A DNA stretch of 64,000 nt, taken from positions 15,988 through 79,987 of IMG/VR virus record IMGVR_UViG_3300024581_003238; one strand, given 5' to 3'. Below, piece after piece: positions 42,624-52,751 of this stretch (the first letter of the stretch is position 1; each line of letters begins with the position of its first letter). The stretch is from a virus. The notes below the pieces were generated by a model. That model was not told the DNA's origin and did not search any database. It worked only from the letters and a program-made list of their open reading frames with translations. A program made the position numbers and the translations under genes.

Positions 42624-45600
42624 ATGGCAAAAATATTCGACATAAAAATAACATCAGGTACATCACACAGTTTGTACACAATATATTATGATCAAGTTGA
42701 TGCCTCTAACATTGCAACAAGAGTTAGTACTTCTTCTTCAGCAACAGGTGTTACATATGCGGATTTAACTAATGGTAATGGAGTTACGGTTTCGGTACCG
42801 AATAGTGCAACATCAATTCTTTTATATAATAATTCATGTGTAGTAGACGATGAAATAATATTACCAAGCCCAACACCAACAGCAACTCCTACCCCCACTC
42901 CAACACCTAATTGTGATTTTTTAGTAGATATAGAAGTTGTAACTCCCACACCAACACCAACCGCGAGTTCTACCCCCACACCAACACCTACACCATCACC
43001 AACAACTAGTCCCACCCCAACACCAACACCTACGGCAACTCCAAATTGCGAGTTTGACGTTGATGTGAATGTAGTCACACCAACTCCAACACCATCACCT
43101 AGTCCAACAAGTACTCCAACACCAACACCAACAACCAGTCCTACTGCAACACCTACACCATCACCTAGCCCAACAAGTACACCTACGCCATCACCGAGCC
43201 CAACTGAAACTCCGACTCCGACACCTAGCCCAACAAGTACACCTACCCCTACACCAACACCTAATTGTGACTTCGATGTTGATATAGATATTAACCGAGC
43301 ACCTACAGGGTTTACACCGATAATATTAACTCAATATGAAAATACCGCAACGGGTACAACTATTGCCACTTTATCTGCGGGAGATCCTGATACGGGAGAT
43401 ACACACACATTTAGTTTAGTGTCAGGTTCAGGTAGTACAGATAACGCATCATTTACTTTATCAAGTGCAGGTGTCCTTAAAAATGCAGTAGTGTTCAACT
43501 ATGAAACAAAATCAAGTTATTCGATAAGAGTAAGAGTTACAGATCAAGGTGGATTAAGTTTTGAAGATACAAGAACAGTATCAGTTCGTAACGTAAATGA
43601 AACTCCGTATGGATTGACATTAAGTAATAATACACAGAATGAGAATACCGCAACAGGTACTACCATCGGAACGTTCTCAGGTTTAGATGTTGATAGTGGT
43701 GAAACATTTACATATACACTTTCGGGAAGTGGTAATGATAACGCATCATTTACTTTATCAAGTGCGGGAGTTCTTAAAAACGCGATAGTATTCAATTACG
43801 AAGTTAAAAATTCATATAGTATCGAAGTAACGGTTACTGATAGTGGTAATAACACCTATACTGATACATTTACAATTTCAGTCCTTGATGTTAACGAAAC
43901 ACCTACTAATATTACTTTATCAAATTCATCTATAGATGAGAATGTACCAACAGGGACTACAATAGGGACATTTAGTTCTACAGATCCTGACACTAATAAC
44001 ACATTTACGTATAGTTTAGTAAATGGTACAGGGTCATCAGGAAATAATAGTTTCTATATTGACGGTACAAGTCTGAAGAGTAATGTGGTATTCGATTATG
44101 AAACACAATCATCTTACTCTATAAGGGTTAGATCGACAGATCAAGGAGGTCTTTACGTAGAAAAAATATTAACAATATCGATTACAGATATATCAGTATC
44201 AGGTACTGCAACAGTCACAAACTTAAATTGTTATAACGATTCCTCAGGAACAATTGAGGTCACTTCTCAGTCAGGGGGAGTCTCACCATACACATATTCA
44301 ATTAATGGTATATCATATCAATCATCAACGTCATTTACAGGTTTGGGGGCAGGAACATATACTGTATACATTAAAGATGATAATGGTGAGATAGGTACAT
44401 TCTCGAAAACAATAACACAACCACCCGTACTTTCAGTTACCGATTCACACACAGACCCAACATGTTATGGGGGAAGTGATGGACAAATACAATTTTCTGT
44501 TGCTGGTGGTACAGGAGAAATAACTTACACTTTGAATGGTGTTGCAACGACAGATTTACTCCATGAAAATTTAAGTGCGGGTAATTACGTTCTTGTTGCG
44601 ACAGACGAAAATGGATGTACTGATAGTAGAACAGTAGTTTTAAATGTAACACAAGTATCCGCAACAGTAACACAATCTAATACCACATGTAACGGAGGTA
44701 GTAATGGTTGGATTAATGTAACTTCAGCTACAGGAGGATCTGGTAGTGGGTATGAAGTCAAATTAAATAGTAATGGAACATATGTCAGTCTAGGTGACTT
44801 TAAGGTATATTCAAATTTATCGGCTGGGACATATACTATCTATGTTAAAGATGGTGATGGTTGTGAAAGAACATATAGTATAACAATTACGGAACCCGCG
44901 GCAGTAACATTCACAGAAACACATGTTGACCCAACATGTTGGAATGGTAATGATGGTAGTATTACTGTTTCCGCTTCAGGAGGTAATGGATCTTACGAAT
45001 ATCAGTTTAATGGTTTTTGGCAATCATCAAATATAAAAACAGGTTTAACGACAGGTAGTCATACTGTAAGAGTAAGAGACGGTAATGGATGTACTTCAAG
45101 TATTGGGTCTGTTACTTTATCTACCACAAAACCATCTGCAACTATTACGTCCACAAATGTGGTATGTAATGGTGATGACGATGGGACAATATCAGTTTCT
45201 AATCCAACAGGTGGGTCGGGAGCAACATATCAAGTCAAATTAAATAGTAATGGGACATATGTTAACTTAACAGGTACCCAACTTTATGAGAATTTATCGC
45301 CAGATACTTACAATATCTATATTAAAGATAGTGATGGTTGTGAAGGAATTTTCTCCAAGACCATTACAGAAAACAACGCAGTTACTGCAAGTACTACATC
45401 AACGACTCCAACATGTTTTGGTGATACTGATGGTAGTATAACGGTAACAGGTAGTGGTGGTACGGGTTCATATACTTATAGTATTGGAAGTGGTTACCAA
45501 TCTTCAAATAGTTTTACAGGTTTAGGAAATGGAATTTATTCAGTTAATGTAAAAGACAGTAATGGTTGTGTTGGAACAACAACATTAACCCTATTAAAAA

Positions 45601-47891
45601 CACAAGTAAGTGCGACAATTTACAGTAATCAACCTTCATGTTTTGGTGATACTGATGGTGACATCACATTATCATCAATTACGGGTGGAAACAGTGGCAC
45701 GTATCAGTATAAATTCGAAAGTGGTAATTGGACTGATTTTAGTTCCGCAGTAACCTTTACAAATAAATCGGCCGGAACATACACAATACAAGTTAGGGAT
45801 AGTCAACAGTGTAGTAGAAGTTATTCTTACACTTTAGGTCAACCAACAGCAGTAACATCATCTGTATCTGTAACCCACCCATCTTGTGCAAATAGTACAG
45901 ACGGGTCAGTAACAATAACAGGGGGTGGTGGATCAGGAACGTACGTATATTCTATTGACGGGTCTAATTATTACTTAGGTAATACATTTAATACCTTGTC
46001 CGTAGGAAGTGGTACTGCATATGTTAAAGATAGTAGTGGATGTATAAGTACAGTTTCATACACTTTGACAAAGACTGACCCAACAGCAACCATTTCAGTA
46101 ACAAACGCATTGTGTAACGGAGAGACAGGATCAATAACCGTTTCTAATCCATCAGGTGGGAATGGAGGTACATACCAAGTTAAATTAGACACAGGATCGT
46201 ATCAGAACTTTTCATCTTCTACAGATACTCCACCTAATTCATATACATTTACTTCAGTAAATGTTGGTAATCATGTTATCACCATAAAAGACGGTGATGG
46301 TTGTACAAGAGGGTACAGTAGAAGTGTTACAGAGCCAACATCGGTTGTTGTTGGATATACTGGTTTGTCTCACCCATCGTGTAGTTACAGTAGTGATGGT
46401 AGTATAAATTTTACAGTTAGTGGTGGTTCAGGTCCATACACATATAGACTAAATGGAACATTAATAACTAATTTATCGGTTACAGGTTTAACCACGGGTC
46501 CTTATGTTTTATACGCGGAAGATGATAATGGGTGTAGTGATTCAGTTTCGGTTAACTTATCTAAATCTTCACCTTCTGCGACGGTAACGGCATCTAACCC
46601 AACTTGTAGTTCGGGTTGGGGTGCAATTACAGTGGCGAGTCCTGCGGGAGGAAATGGTCCAACTTATGAATCAAAAATTGGAAACGGTCCCTACACAACA
46701 ATAGGTAGTCCAACAGTTTACGCACCTTTATCCTCAGGAACATACACAATTACAATAAAGGATGGGGATGGTTGTACAAGGACATATGATAGAACAATTA
46801 CAATACCTACAGCGGTAAGTTTTACTACTTCAGTGACCCACCCAACATGTAATGGGGATAGTGACGGAGAAATAACATTTAGTGCAAGTGGTGGTAATGG
46901 ATCATACCAATACTCCATAAATAATGGAATAAATTATCAATCAAATAATACTTTTTCTAATCTAACTGTAGGGACATACTTATTGAGGGTTAAAGATGGT
47001 GTAAATTGTAGTACTACGGATACAGTAACTTTAAGTAAGACAGACCCTAATGCAACATTCACTATGTTACCTGTGAGTTGTAACGGAGGTTCTGATGGAG
47101 AAATTGAAGTCTCAAGTATGACAGGTGGTAATGGTGGAACATATTCACATAGACTTGGTTTAGGTTCTTACTTAACCACGGATCCTCATTCTTATAATAA
47201 TTTATCTGCGGGTGATCATTACATTACCATAAAAGATGGTTCGGGTTGTACAGAAGCATATACAATCACAGTTACAGAACCAACGGCACAAACGGTATCT
47301 ATAACATCGGTCACCACAACAACAGGAAGTACGGGTAGTGTTACTGTAACATCTACGGGAGGTGTGTGGCCAAAAACTTATAGATTATATGAGGATACCA
47401 CTTCACCATATACTGTTGGAGGTGGGACATTAGTTGCAACAATTACAGGTGTGACTTCGGCTAACCATTCACAGACATTCAGTAATTTATCACAAGGATA
47501 TTATTATGTTGTAGTAACAGATGCGAATGGATGTACCGCCAGCAGTGTAACTATCGAAAGTACGTTTGCCGAAGGTGATGACACTGGTGGCCCAAAAGAA
47601 GTAATATCAGGTGTGGCAGATCTAAAAATAGAACAATGTTCTACAGGACAAATTTATTATGCACGTAGTGATAGATATTGTTCGGGCAGTAATTTATCCC
47701 TCCAACAAGGATCTGTTGGAGTTGGAGATATTGTACAATTCGCGGTAGGGGAAAACTGTCCAATTGAGGGGGCAACTTATTGTGGTGAAGTAACACAAAC
47801 AGGACTTGAAGTAGCTTCGACCGCAATTATAACAAATGATTTCTTCACTAATTCAATAAGTAGTTGTGACGATTTCGATTGTTTTGAATAA
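42624..47891 (+). CDS. Tail fibre/adhesin: N-terminal module, PT linkers with 3 CDF units, 3 cadherin-like domains, ~13-14 SprB-like repeats, Cys-rich C-terminal domain
   Basis: Cadherin motifs EN...GTTI.T...D.D...F.YE...SY.I.V..TD.G...V.DVNE occur three times. SprB-like C.G..DG.I...GG...Y.Y.....L..G.Y...VKD..GC units follow. Confidence 0.8.
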   Translation: MAKIFDIKITSGTSHSLYTIYYDQVDASNIATRVSTSSSATGVTYADLTNGNGVTVSVPNSATSILLYNNSCVVDDEIILPSPTPTATPTPTPTPNCDFLVDIEVVTPTPTPTASSTPTPTPTPSPTTSPTPTPTPTATPNCEFDVDVNVVTPTPTPSPSPTSTPTPTPTTSPTATPTPSPSPTSTPTPSPSPTETPTPTPSPTSTPTPTPTPNCDFDVDIDINRAPTGFTPIILTQYENTATGTTIATLSAGDPDTGDTHTFSLVSGSGSTDNASFTLSSAGVLKNAVVFNYETKSSYSIRVRVTDQGGLSFEDTRTVSVRNVNETPYGLTLSNNTQNENTATGTTIGTFSGLDVDSGETFTYTLSGSGNDNASFTLSSAGVLKNAIVFNYEVKNSYSIEVTVTDSGNNTYTDTFTISVLDVNETPTNITLSNSSIDENVPTGTTIGTFSSTDPDTNNTFTYSLVNGTGSSGNNSFYIDGTSLKSNVVFDYETQSSYSIRVRSTDQGGLYVEKILTISITDISVSGTATVTNLNCYNDSSGTIEVTSQSGGVSPYTYSINGISYQSSTSFTGLGAGTYTVYIKDDNGEIGTFSKTITQPPVLSVTDSHTDPTCYGGSDGQIQFSVAGGTGEITYTLNGVATTDLLHENLSAGNYVLVATDENGCTDSRTVVLNVTQVSATVTQSNTTCNGGSNGWINVTSATGGSGSGYEVKLNSNGTYVSLGDFKVYSNLSAGTYTIYVKDGDGCERTYSITITEPAAVTFTETHVDPTCWNGNDGSITVSASGGNGSYEYQFNGFWQSSNIKTGLTTGSHTVRVRDGNGCTSSIGSVTLSTTKPSATITSTNVVCNGDDDGTISVSNPTGGSGATYQVKLNSNGTYVNLTGTQLYENLSPDTYNIYIKDSDGCEGIFSKTITENNAVTASTTSTTPTCFGDTDGSITVTGSGGTGSYTYSIGSGYQSSNSFTGLGNGIYSVNVKDSNGCVGTTTLTLLKTQVSATIYSNQPSCFGDTDGDITLSSITGGNSGTYQYKFESGNWTDFSSAVTFTNKSAGTYTIQVRDSQQCSRSYSYTLGQPTAVTSSVSVTHPSCANSTDGSVTITGGGGSGTYVYSIDGSNYYLGNTFNTLSVGSGTAYVKDSSGCISTVSYTLTKTDPTATISVTNALCNGETGSITVSNPSGGNGGTYQVKLDTGSYQNFSSSTDTPPNSYTFTSVNVGNHVITIKDGDGCTRGYSRSVTEPTSVVVGYTGLSHPSCSYSSDGSINFTVSGGSGPYTYRLNGTLITNLSVTGLTTGPYVLYAEDDNGCSDSVSVNLSKSSPSATVTASNPTCSSGWGAITVASPAGGNGPTYESKIGNGPYTTIGSPTVYAPLSSGTYTITIKDGDGCTRTYDRTITIPTAVSFTTSVTHPTCNGDSDGEITFSASGGNGSYQYSINNGINYQSNNTFSNLTVGTYLLRVKDGVNCSTTDTVTLSKTDPNATFTMLPVSCNGGSDGEIEVSSMTGGNGGTYSHRLGLGSYLTTDPHSYNNLSAGDHYITIKDGSGCTEAYTITVTEPTAQTVSITSVTTTTGSTGSVTVTSTGGVWPKTYRLYEDTTSPYTVGGGTLVATITGVTSANHSQTFSNLSQGYYYVVVTDANGCTASSVTIESTFAEGDDTGGPKEVISGVADLKIEQCSTGQIYYARSDRYCSGSNLSLQQGSVGVGDIVQFAVGENCPIEGATYCGEVTQTGLEVASTAIITNDFFTNSISSCDDFDCFE

Positions 47892-47961
47892 AAAAGAATA
47901 ACAAAAAGAATAAATCGTAATAACGATATATTTATAATAAAAGAAAATAAAATTAAATAAC

Positions 47962-48585
47962 ATGGCAGATTATCAAGTAACTTTTACATTAAACTCCGCA
48001 TTTACTGGAACAACAGAGGCGGATAGTTTCACAATTGTAGGTAAACACGCAAACGGTTCTCCCGCAGACACAACAATCGCTACGGGTGTAAGTAAGGCGG
48101 ATTTAACCGCAGGTGTGACTTACACCGTTGTTGATACAATAACAGGTGGAACCATAACATCTACAGGTACATGTACTAATTCAGTTCCTTGGACAGGTTT
48201 AGAGTCAAATAGTCCAACACCAACAGCAACAGGACCTTCTGAAGGACCAACACCAACTCCTAATGAAGAGTTGTATACATATTATATATCTAGTGCTAGA
48301 TTTAGTTTAAATGATTTCTGTGATGGTACACCTGGAGTCTCTACGATTACTGAGATACAATCGACAGCAAGTAGTATACCACTTCTTCAGGATACTATGA
48401 TATATGACGCGTTTGGTGACCCATATGTGGGGAACGCATCAAGATGGCATCTTATTGCAACTGAATCGGGTGTAGGACCAAACATAACACCTGCAAAATA
48501 TATTGTTATAAACAGCGAGGGTAATTGTGAAGAGGCTGGACAGATTTCATGTAATGGAGATGAAGGATCTGCAAACCCATACTAA
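47962..48585 (+). CDS. Small fibre-associated protein (shared N-terminal module + PT linker + C-terminal domain)
   Basis: ATGVSKADLTAGVT resembles [16 protein letters not shown] of the 42624 protein; own TATTTATA at 47929 and a downstream terminator. Confidence 0.6.
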   Translation: MADYQVTFTLNSAFTGTTEADSFTIVGKHANGSPADTTIATGVSKADLTAGVTYTVVDTITGGTITSTGTCTNSVPWTGLESNSPTPTATGPSEGPTPTPNEELYTYYISSARFSLNDFCDGTPGVSTITEIQSTASSIPLLQDTMIYDAFGDPYVGNASRWHLIATESGVGPNITPAKYIVINSEGNCEEAGQISCNGDEGSANPY

Positions 48586-48609
48586 AAAACAACAACAATC
48601 AAGAATATA

Positions 48610-48635
48610 AAAACCCGTTTATTCGGGTTTTTTTT
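48610..48635 (+). terminator. Intrinsic terminator
   Basis: AAAACCCG-TTTATT-CGGGTTTT followed by a T-tract. Confidence 0.75.
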
Positions 48636-48671
48636 ATTTAAAGTAATCTACTTATTAATGTATTTATATGT

Positions 48672-49847
48672 ATGGGATTAATCGTAAGAGTATATGACAT
48701 AGTATCACCCAATGACTTTGATTTAAGCATTGGTGAATCACCTTATGGTCCATTTACTCAATTAAATGGTCCTAACCCCGATAATTCTTGGCCAGGATCA
48801 ACAACAGGATCGACAACATCTACAGAAAGAAATTACAGAACAGATCCCATATATATTGGAGATAATGATCCTGAGGTGGTAAGTGGAGTCCCACCGTCAT
48901 CAGACGTGGTATTCTATGATTTAGAGTTTGATACTGAATTTTGGTTAAAAATTGAAGATAAGGTAAATGTAATCGATACATGTGAAAATAATCAAACACC
49001 AAGATACATTGTTGAGAACATATACATACATGATAGTAAAACTTTTGAGTGTTACGATAAAATAAACTTTAGCGTTTCTTATGTGTGTGCTACACCGACT
49101 CCTACCCCCACACCTCAACCAACATCAACACCACTACCTACACCAACCCCATCACCAAGCCCAACGGCGGGTGAAATTACACCAACCCCAACAGATATCG
49201 TAGTTACTGGTGATACTGCAAACTGTGGTGAAGGTATTGATATGGTATTTATTTTAGATAGAACAGGTAGTATGGCGACCCCTATAAACAATCTTAAAAA
49301 TAGTATTAACAGTTACGCACAAAAAGTTATTGAAGTTTCGGAAGACAATTACCGTTTTGGTTTAATAAGTGTTCATGGTGACAACAATAATCCTATGTAT
49401 AATCTTCGTTTAGCGTTAGCACCTTCAAATGAAGATGCGTTGGGGACAGCACTAAATACTTTCGGTGCACAAGGTGGTGGTGGATTTCCAGAACCAACGG
49501 ATAATGCGTTGGAGGCGGTATTAGATAATACGATACCCTATGGACCGTTCCTTAATAATACAAATAAAATAATTGTTATGATTACGGACGCAACACCTTC
49601 AGGTGGGGACGATCAATACGTAGTAGGTGTAGATGATGTCCAAGCGGCAGCATTAGCGACACAAGCACTAAATCAAAATGTTAGAATATTTGCGATAAAT
49701 ACCGGTAACGGTGTTCAAAATAACGATGTAATATCAATAATGCAAAATTACGCATCTACCACTTTCGGTCAATACGCAGAATCTCCTGATGGTTCGGTAT
49801 CTACAGCAATTAATGACGCGTTAGATGATCTTTGTGACGAAGAATAA
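48672..49847 (+). CDS. Fibre-associated protein with von Willebrand factor A domain
   Basis: PT linker, then DMVFILDRTGSM (MIDAS DxTxS), RFGLI, GGG.FPE, KIIVMITDA and VRIFAI. Confidence 0.8.
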   Translation: MGLIVRVYDIVSPNDFDLSIGESPYGPFTQLNGPNPDNSWPGSTTGSTTSTERNYRTDPIYIGDNDPEVVSGVPPSSDVVFYDLEFDTEFWLKIEDKVNVIDTCENNQTPRYIVENIYIHDSKTFECYDKINFSVSYVCATPTPTPTPQPTSTPLPTPTPSPSPTAGEITPTPTDIVVTGDTANCGEGIDMVFILDRTGSMATPINNLKNSINSYAQKVIEVSEDNYRFGLISVHGDNNNPMYNLRLALAPSNEDALGTALNTFGAQGGGGFPEPTDNALEAVLDNTIPYGPFLNNTNKIIVMITDATPSGGDDQYVVGVDDVQAAALATQALNQNVRIFAINTGNGVQNNDVISIMQNYASTTFGQYAESPDGSVSTAINDALDDLCDEE

Positions 49848-49860
49848 AAAATAAAATAAT

Positions 49861-50811
49861 ATGGGAAGATTAGTAAGAGTAAATATTTCTTTAGATGATA
49901 GTCATTCATTGGATGACTTTCCTGTTGACTTATATTCGGGATTAACAAGTGGTGATACCACCAACTTAGTTTTCGCAAATATTGTTAGTTCTGACATTCC
50001 ATTTAATCTTGAATTTGAAGATGAAGATATTAATGTCAGTACAGATCCCAATAACCCTTTTACACCATATGTTTACTTAAGAATATCATCAGACGGATGT
50101 TATGACGAAATAATAAAATTAAATGTACCTCGAGTTGATTGTGATCTTTGTGTAGATTTCCAAGAAATTATAACTGAACCAACAGCAACACCTACTAATA
50201 CACCTACTAATACGCCAACCCCAACACCTACCTCAATACCACCAACGGCAACGGAAGAACCAACACCGACCCCTACACCAACAAGTACTGATGGCCCTAC
50301 ACCTACACAAACAAGTACACCGACTCCAACACCTACTCCAACAGCAACAGAGATTACAGGGGATTGTAATGTTTATACAATGAATATAACCGCAGAAGAA
50401 TATACTAGATTTGTGTGGACAAATTGTGATGGTACTAGTGATGAATGGGCTAATGTTGGGTCGGGTAGTAGTAATAGTGTTTGTGCTTTAGAACCCGGAC
50501 CTTCAGTAGTGGAAGGATCAGGATATGTCTTGACAGGAGCTAGTTGTGTTAATTATAAAGTAGAAAGGTGTAATGATAGTCAACCTTTTACGATAGCTAA
50601 GACAATGTCTTGTTCTTCAGGATTAATAACCGACCCTAATTATCAAATAGGTGATGTAGTTCAATTCAGGTTATTTGACGGATCTAATTGTTATGGGGCA
50701 ACTTATTGTGGAACTATAACAAGCACATCATTTAATGGACCTTACAATGCATTGTTAAGTCGTATACCAATAATACCGGATTGTGACGATACCTTACATT
50801 GTACTGAATAG
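49861..50811 (+). CDS. Cys-rich PT-linker fibre-associated protein (316 aa)
   Basis: PT tract; the C-terminal IGDVVQF...NCYGATYCG module is shared with the 42624 protein. Confidence 0.65.
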   Translation: MGRLVRVNISLDDSHSLDDFPVDLYSGLTSGDTTNLVFANIVSSDIPFNLEFEDEDINVSTDPNNPFTPYVYLRISSDGCYDEIIKLNVPRVDCDLCVDFQEIITEPTATPTNTPTNTPTPTPTSIPPTATEEPTPTPTPTSTDGPTPTQTSTPTPTPTPTATEITGDCNVYTMNITAEEYTRFVWTNCDGTSDEWANVGSGSSNSVCALEPGPSVVEGSGYVLTGASCVNYKVERCNDSQPFTIAKTMSCSSGLITDPNYQIGDVVQFRLFDGSNCYGATYCGTITSTSFNGPYNALLSRIPIIPDCDDTLHCTE

Positions 50812-50860
50812 TTTTAGAAAAAGGAGATATTTATATACAAGGTATTAAAAAATTAAAATT

Positions 50861-51892
50861 ATGGCAAGAAAGTTTACAGTAACATTAACTAGCGGTACTA
50901 ACGCAGGACCCTATAACATATATTATAATTCTGTTTCTACGTCAACACTTGCCGATTTATTTGGCACAACAAATAAGGCGGAGAATCTAACTTTATCCCA
51001 AGTACAATCGGGAGTGGTAATTGAGGTTCCAAATAACGCGACAAGTATTATATTTTTTAATACCGATCCAGATGTTGCTACAGATTGTCCAACAAATCAA
51101 GAAGTTTACAGTTTAACGCCACTTGAATCAACGGCAACACCTACACCAACACCAACTAATACACCTACACCAACAGCAACTGATACACCAACAGCAACAC
51201 CTACTAATACGCCAACAGCGACACCGACTAATGCACCTACTAATGTACCTACTAATACACCTACTAATACACCAACAGCAACACCTACTAATACACCTAC
51301 TAATACGCCAACACCAACACCAACGGCCACAGATTTACCTGAACCGTGTGTTGGAATTGAATTTAATGGTAAAGAGGGTACAGTGGGAAGTGAAGTTACC
51401 TATGAAGGTTGTGATGGTAACACATATAGTTTAAGTGTTCCCGGTGGAGATTCAGTTGAACCACCACGTTGTGTTAGAAACAACTCATGGTCATATAGTA
51501 ATCCTTCAAACATGGATCCGGTATCATTAATACCACTTTCTCCGTGTGGTGATGAAGGACCGACCCCAACACCAACGGCAACTAGTCCATTAACTACAAA
51601 AAATCCTCCTGTAGATAGTTACAGGTCTGTAACACTTTGTAGTAATGGTAATACCTATGTTATCGACGAAAATATAATCTGTGATGGTTCTAATACTGGA
51701 TTAGCGACTGAGTCTCTGAATCAAGGGGACGTAATTTGGGTTAGTATTGGAGATGATTCTTGTGGAAATGCTGTTTCTTGTGCGACAGTAGGGGCAGAAG
51801 TGATTGTCGACCCTGATGAAATCACGGCGGTATGGAGATACTCGGGTAGTAATAGTGTATTTGATAATTGTGGTTCGTGTTATACTCCATAG
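50861..51892 (+). CDS. Cys-rich PT-linker fibre-associated protein (343 aa)
   Basis: N-terminus [19 protein letters not shown]...VPNNATSII is paralogous to the 42624 N-terminus; TPTN repeats. Confidence 0.65.
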   Translation: MARKFTVTLTSGTNAGPYNIYYNSVSTSTLADLFGTTNKAENLTLSQVQSGVVIEVPNNATSIIFFNTDPDVATDCPTNQEVYSLTPLESTATPTPTPTNTPTPTATDTPTATPTNTPTATPTNAPTNVPTNTPTNTPTATPTNTPTNTPTPTPTATDLPEPCVGIEFNGKEGTVGSEVTYEGCDGNTYSLSVPGGDSVEPPRCVRNNSWSYSNPSNMDPVSLIPLSPCGDEGPTPTPTATSPLTTKNPPVDSYRSVTLCSNGNTYVIDENIICDGSNTGLATESLNQGDVIWVSIGDDSCGNAVSCATVGAEVIVDPDEITAVWRYSGSNSVFDNCGSCYTP

Positions 51893-51970
51893 TCGAGTTA
51901 GAATTACTTCATAACCTACGACCATTAATTTGTTTCCATTGTATTTATATACAAAGAACTTAATCATATA

Positions 51971-52687
51971 ATGGGGAATCTTGTAACAGTAGTAAATAAT
52001 TATGATAATGGTGTCTGTAGTGGTTTTACTATATATACAGGTACTACTTATAATGGACATTCATTTACGATACCACCTTCCGCAAACAGTATAGGATTTC
52101 ATACACTACCATATACTTTTGACGTAGGTAATTATACAGGACCGCTATACATTTTTTTAGAACATTGTGATAATCATATTTCACCACCACCAAACGAAAA
52201 TCCAAAAAAACAAGGTGGTTTTCAAGTAGAATTAATCGATATTGATTGTGAATTTTGTCCTCCCGATACAGATGCGTTGGATTGTAGAATGGATGTTAGT
52301 TTTGTTGAAGAAAATGTAGATTGTACTATGGTAGTATCCTTTAGTGAATTTGAATCAACACCAACACCAACACCAACAGATACCCCTATACCTACATATA
52401 CCCCCGTGCCGACACAAACACCCACACCAACCCCGACGGTTGATTGTGATATGACGGTTACATTTGAAGAAGAATGTTATTGTTTTGCAGTCCATAATCA
52501 ACCACAACAGGTGTTAAGTTATACATTCATTGATTGTAATGGTGTTACTCGAACTGAAAATACACCTACTGATGAGTTTTTTACCCTTTGTGCACAAGAC
52601 ATAATTTCAGTTTCTAACCCTAAAATGACTTGGGCAATTACAGGTAACTGTATTGATGGTGTCTGTCCACCACCAGATCCAGTTTAA
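51971..52687 (+). CDS. Cys-rich PT-linker fibre-associated protein (238 aa)
   Basis: Three DC.M.V[ST]F.E units and a PT tract; TATTTATA at 51942. Confidence 0.6.
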   Translation: MGNLVTVVNNYDNGVCSGFTIYTGTTYNGHSFTIPPSANSIGFHTLPYTFDVGNYTGPLYIFLEHCDNHISPPPNENPKKQGGFQVELIDIDCEFCPPDTDALDCRMDVSFVEENVDCTMVVSFSEFESTPTPTPTDTPIPTYTPVPTQTPTPTPTVDCDMTVTFEEECYCFAVHNQPQQVLSYTFIDCNGVTRTENTPTDEFFTLCAQDIISVSNPKMTWAITGNCIDGVCPPPDPV

Positions 52688-52751
52688 ATCAACCAAAATA
52701 AATTTATTACATGATATTTATAATTAACATTAAAAAGTATATATTTTAACT

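Noticed and set aside
51123-51434. His/Gln-rich 103-aa + strand ORF
   Set aside because: It is an alternate-frame reading of the TPTN repeat inside the 343-aa gene.
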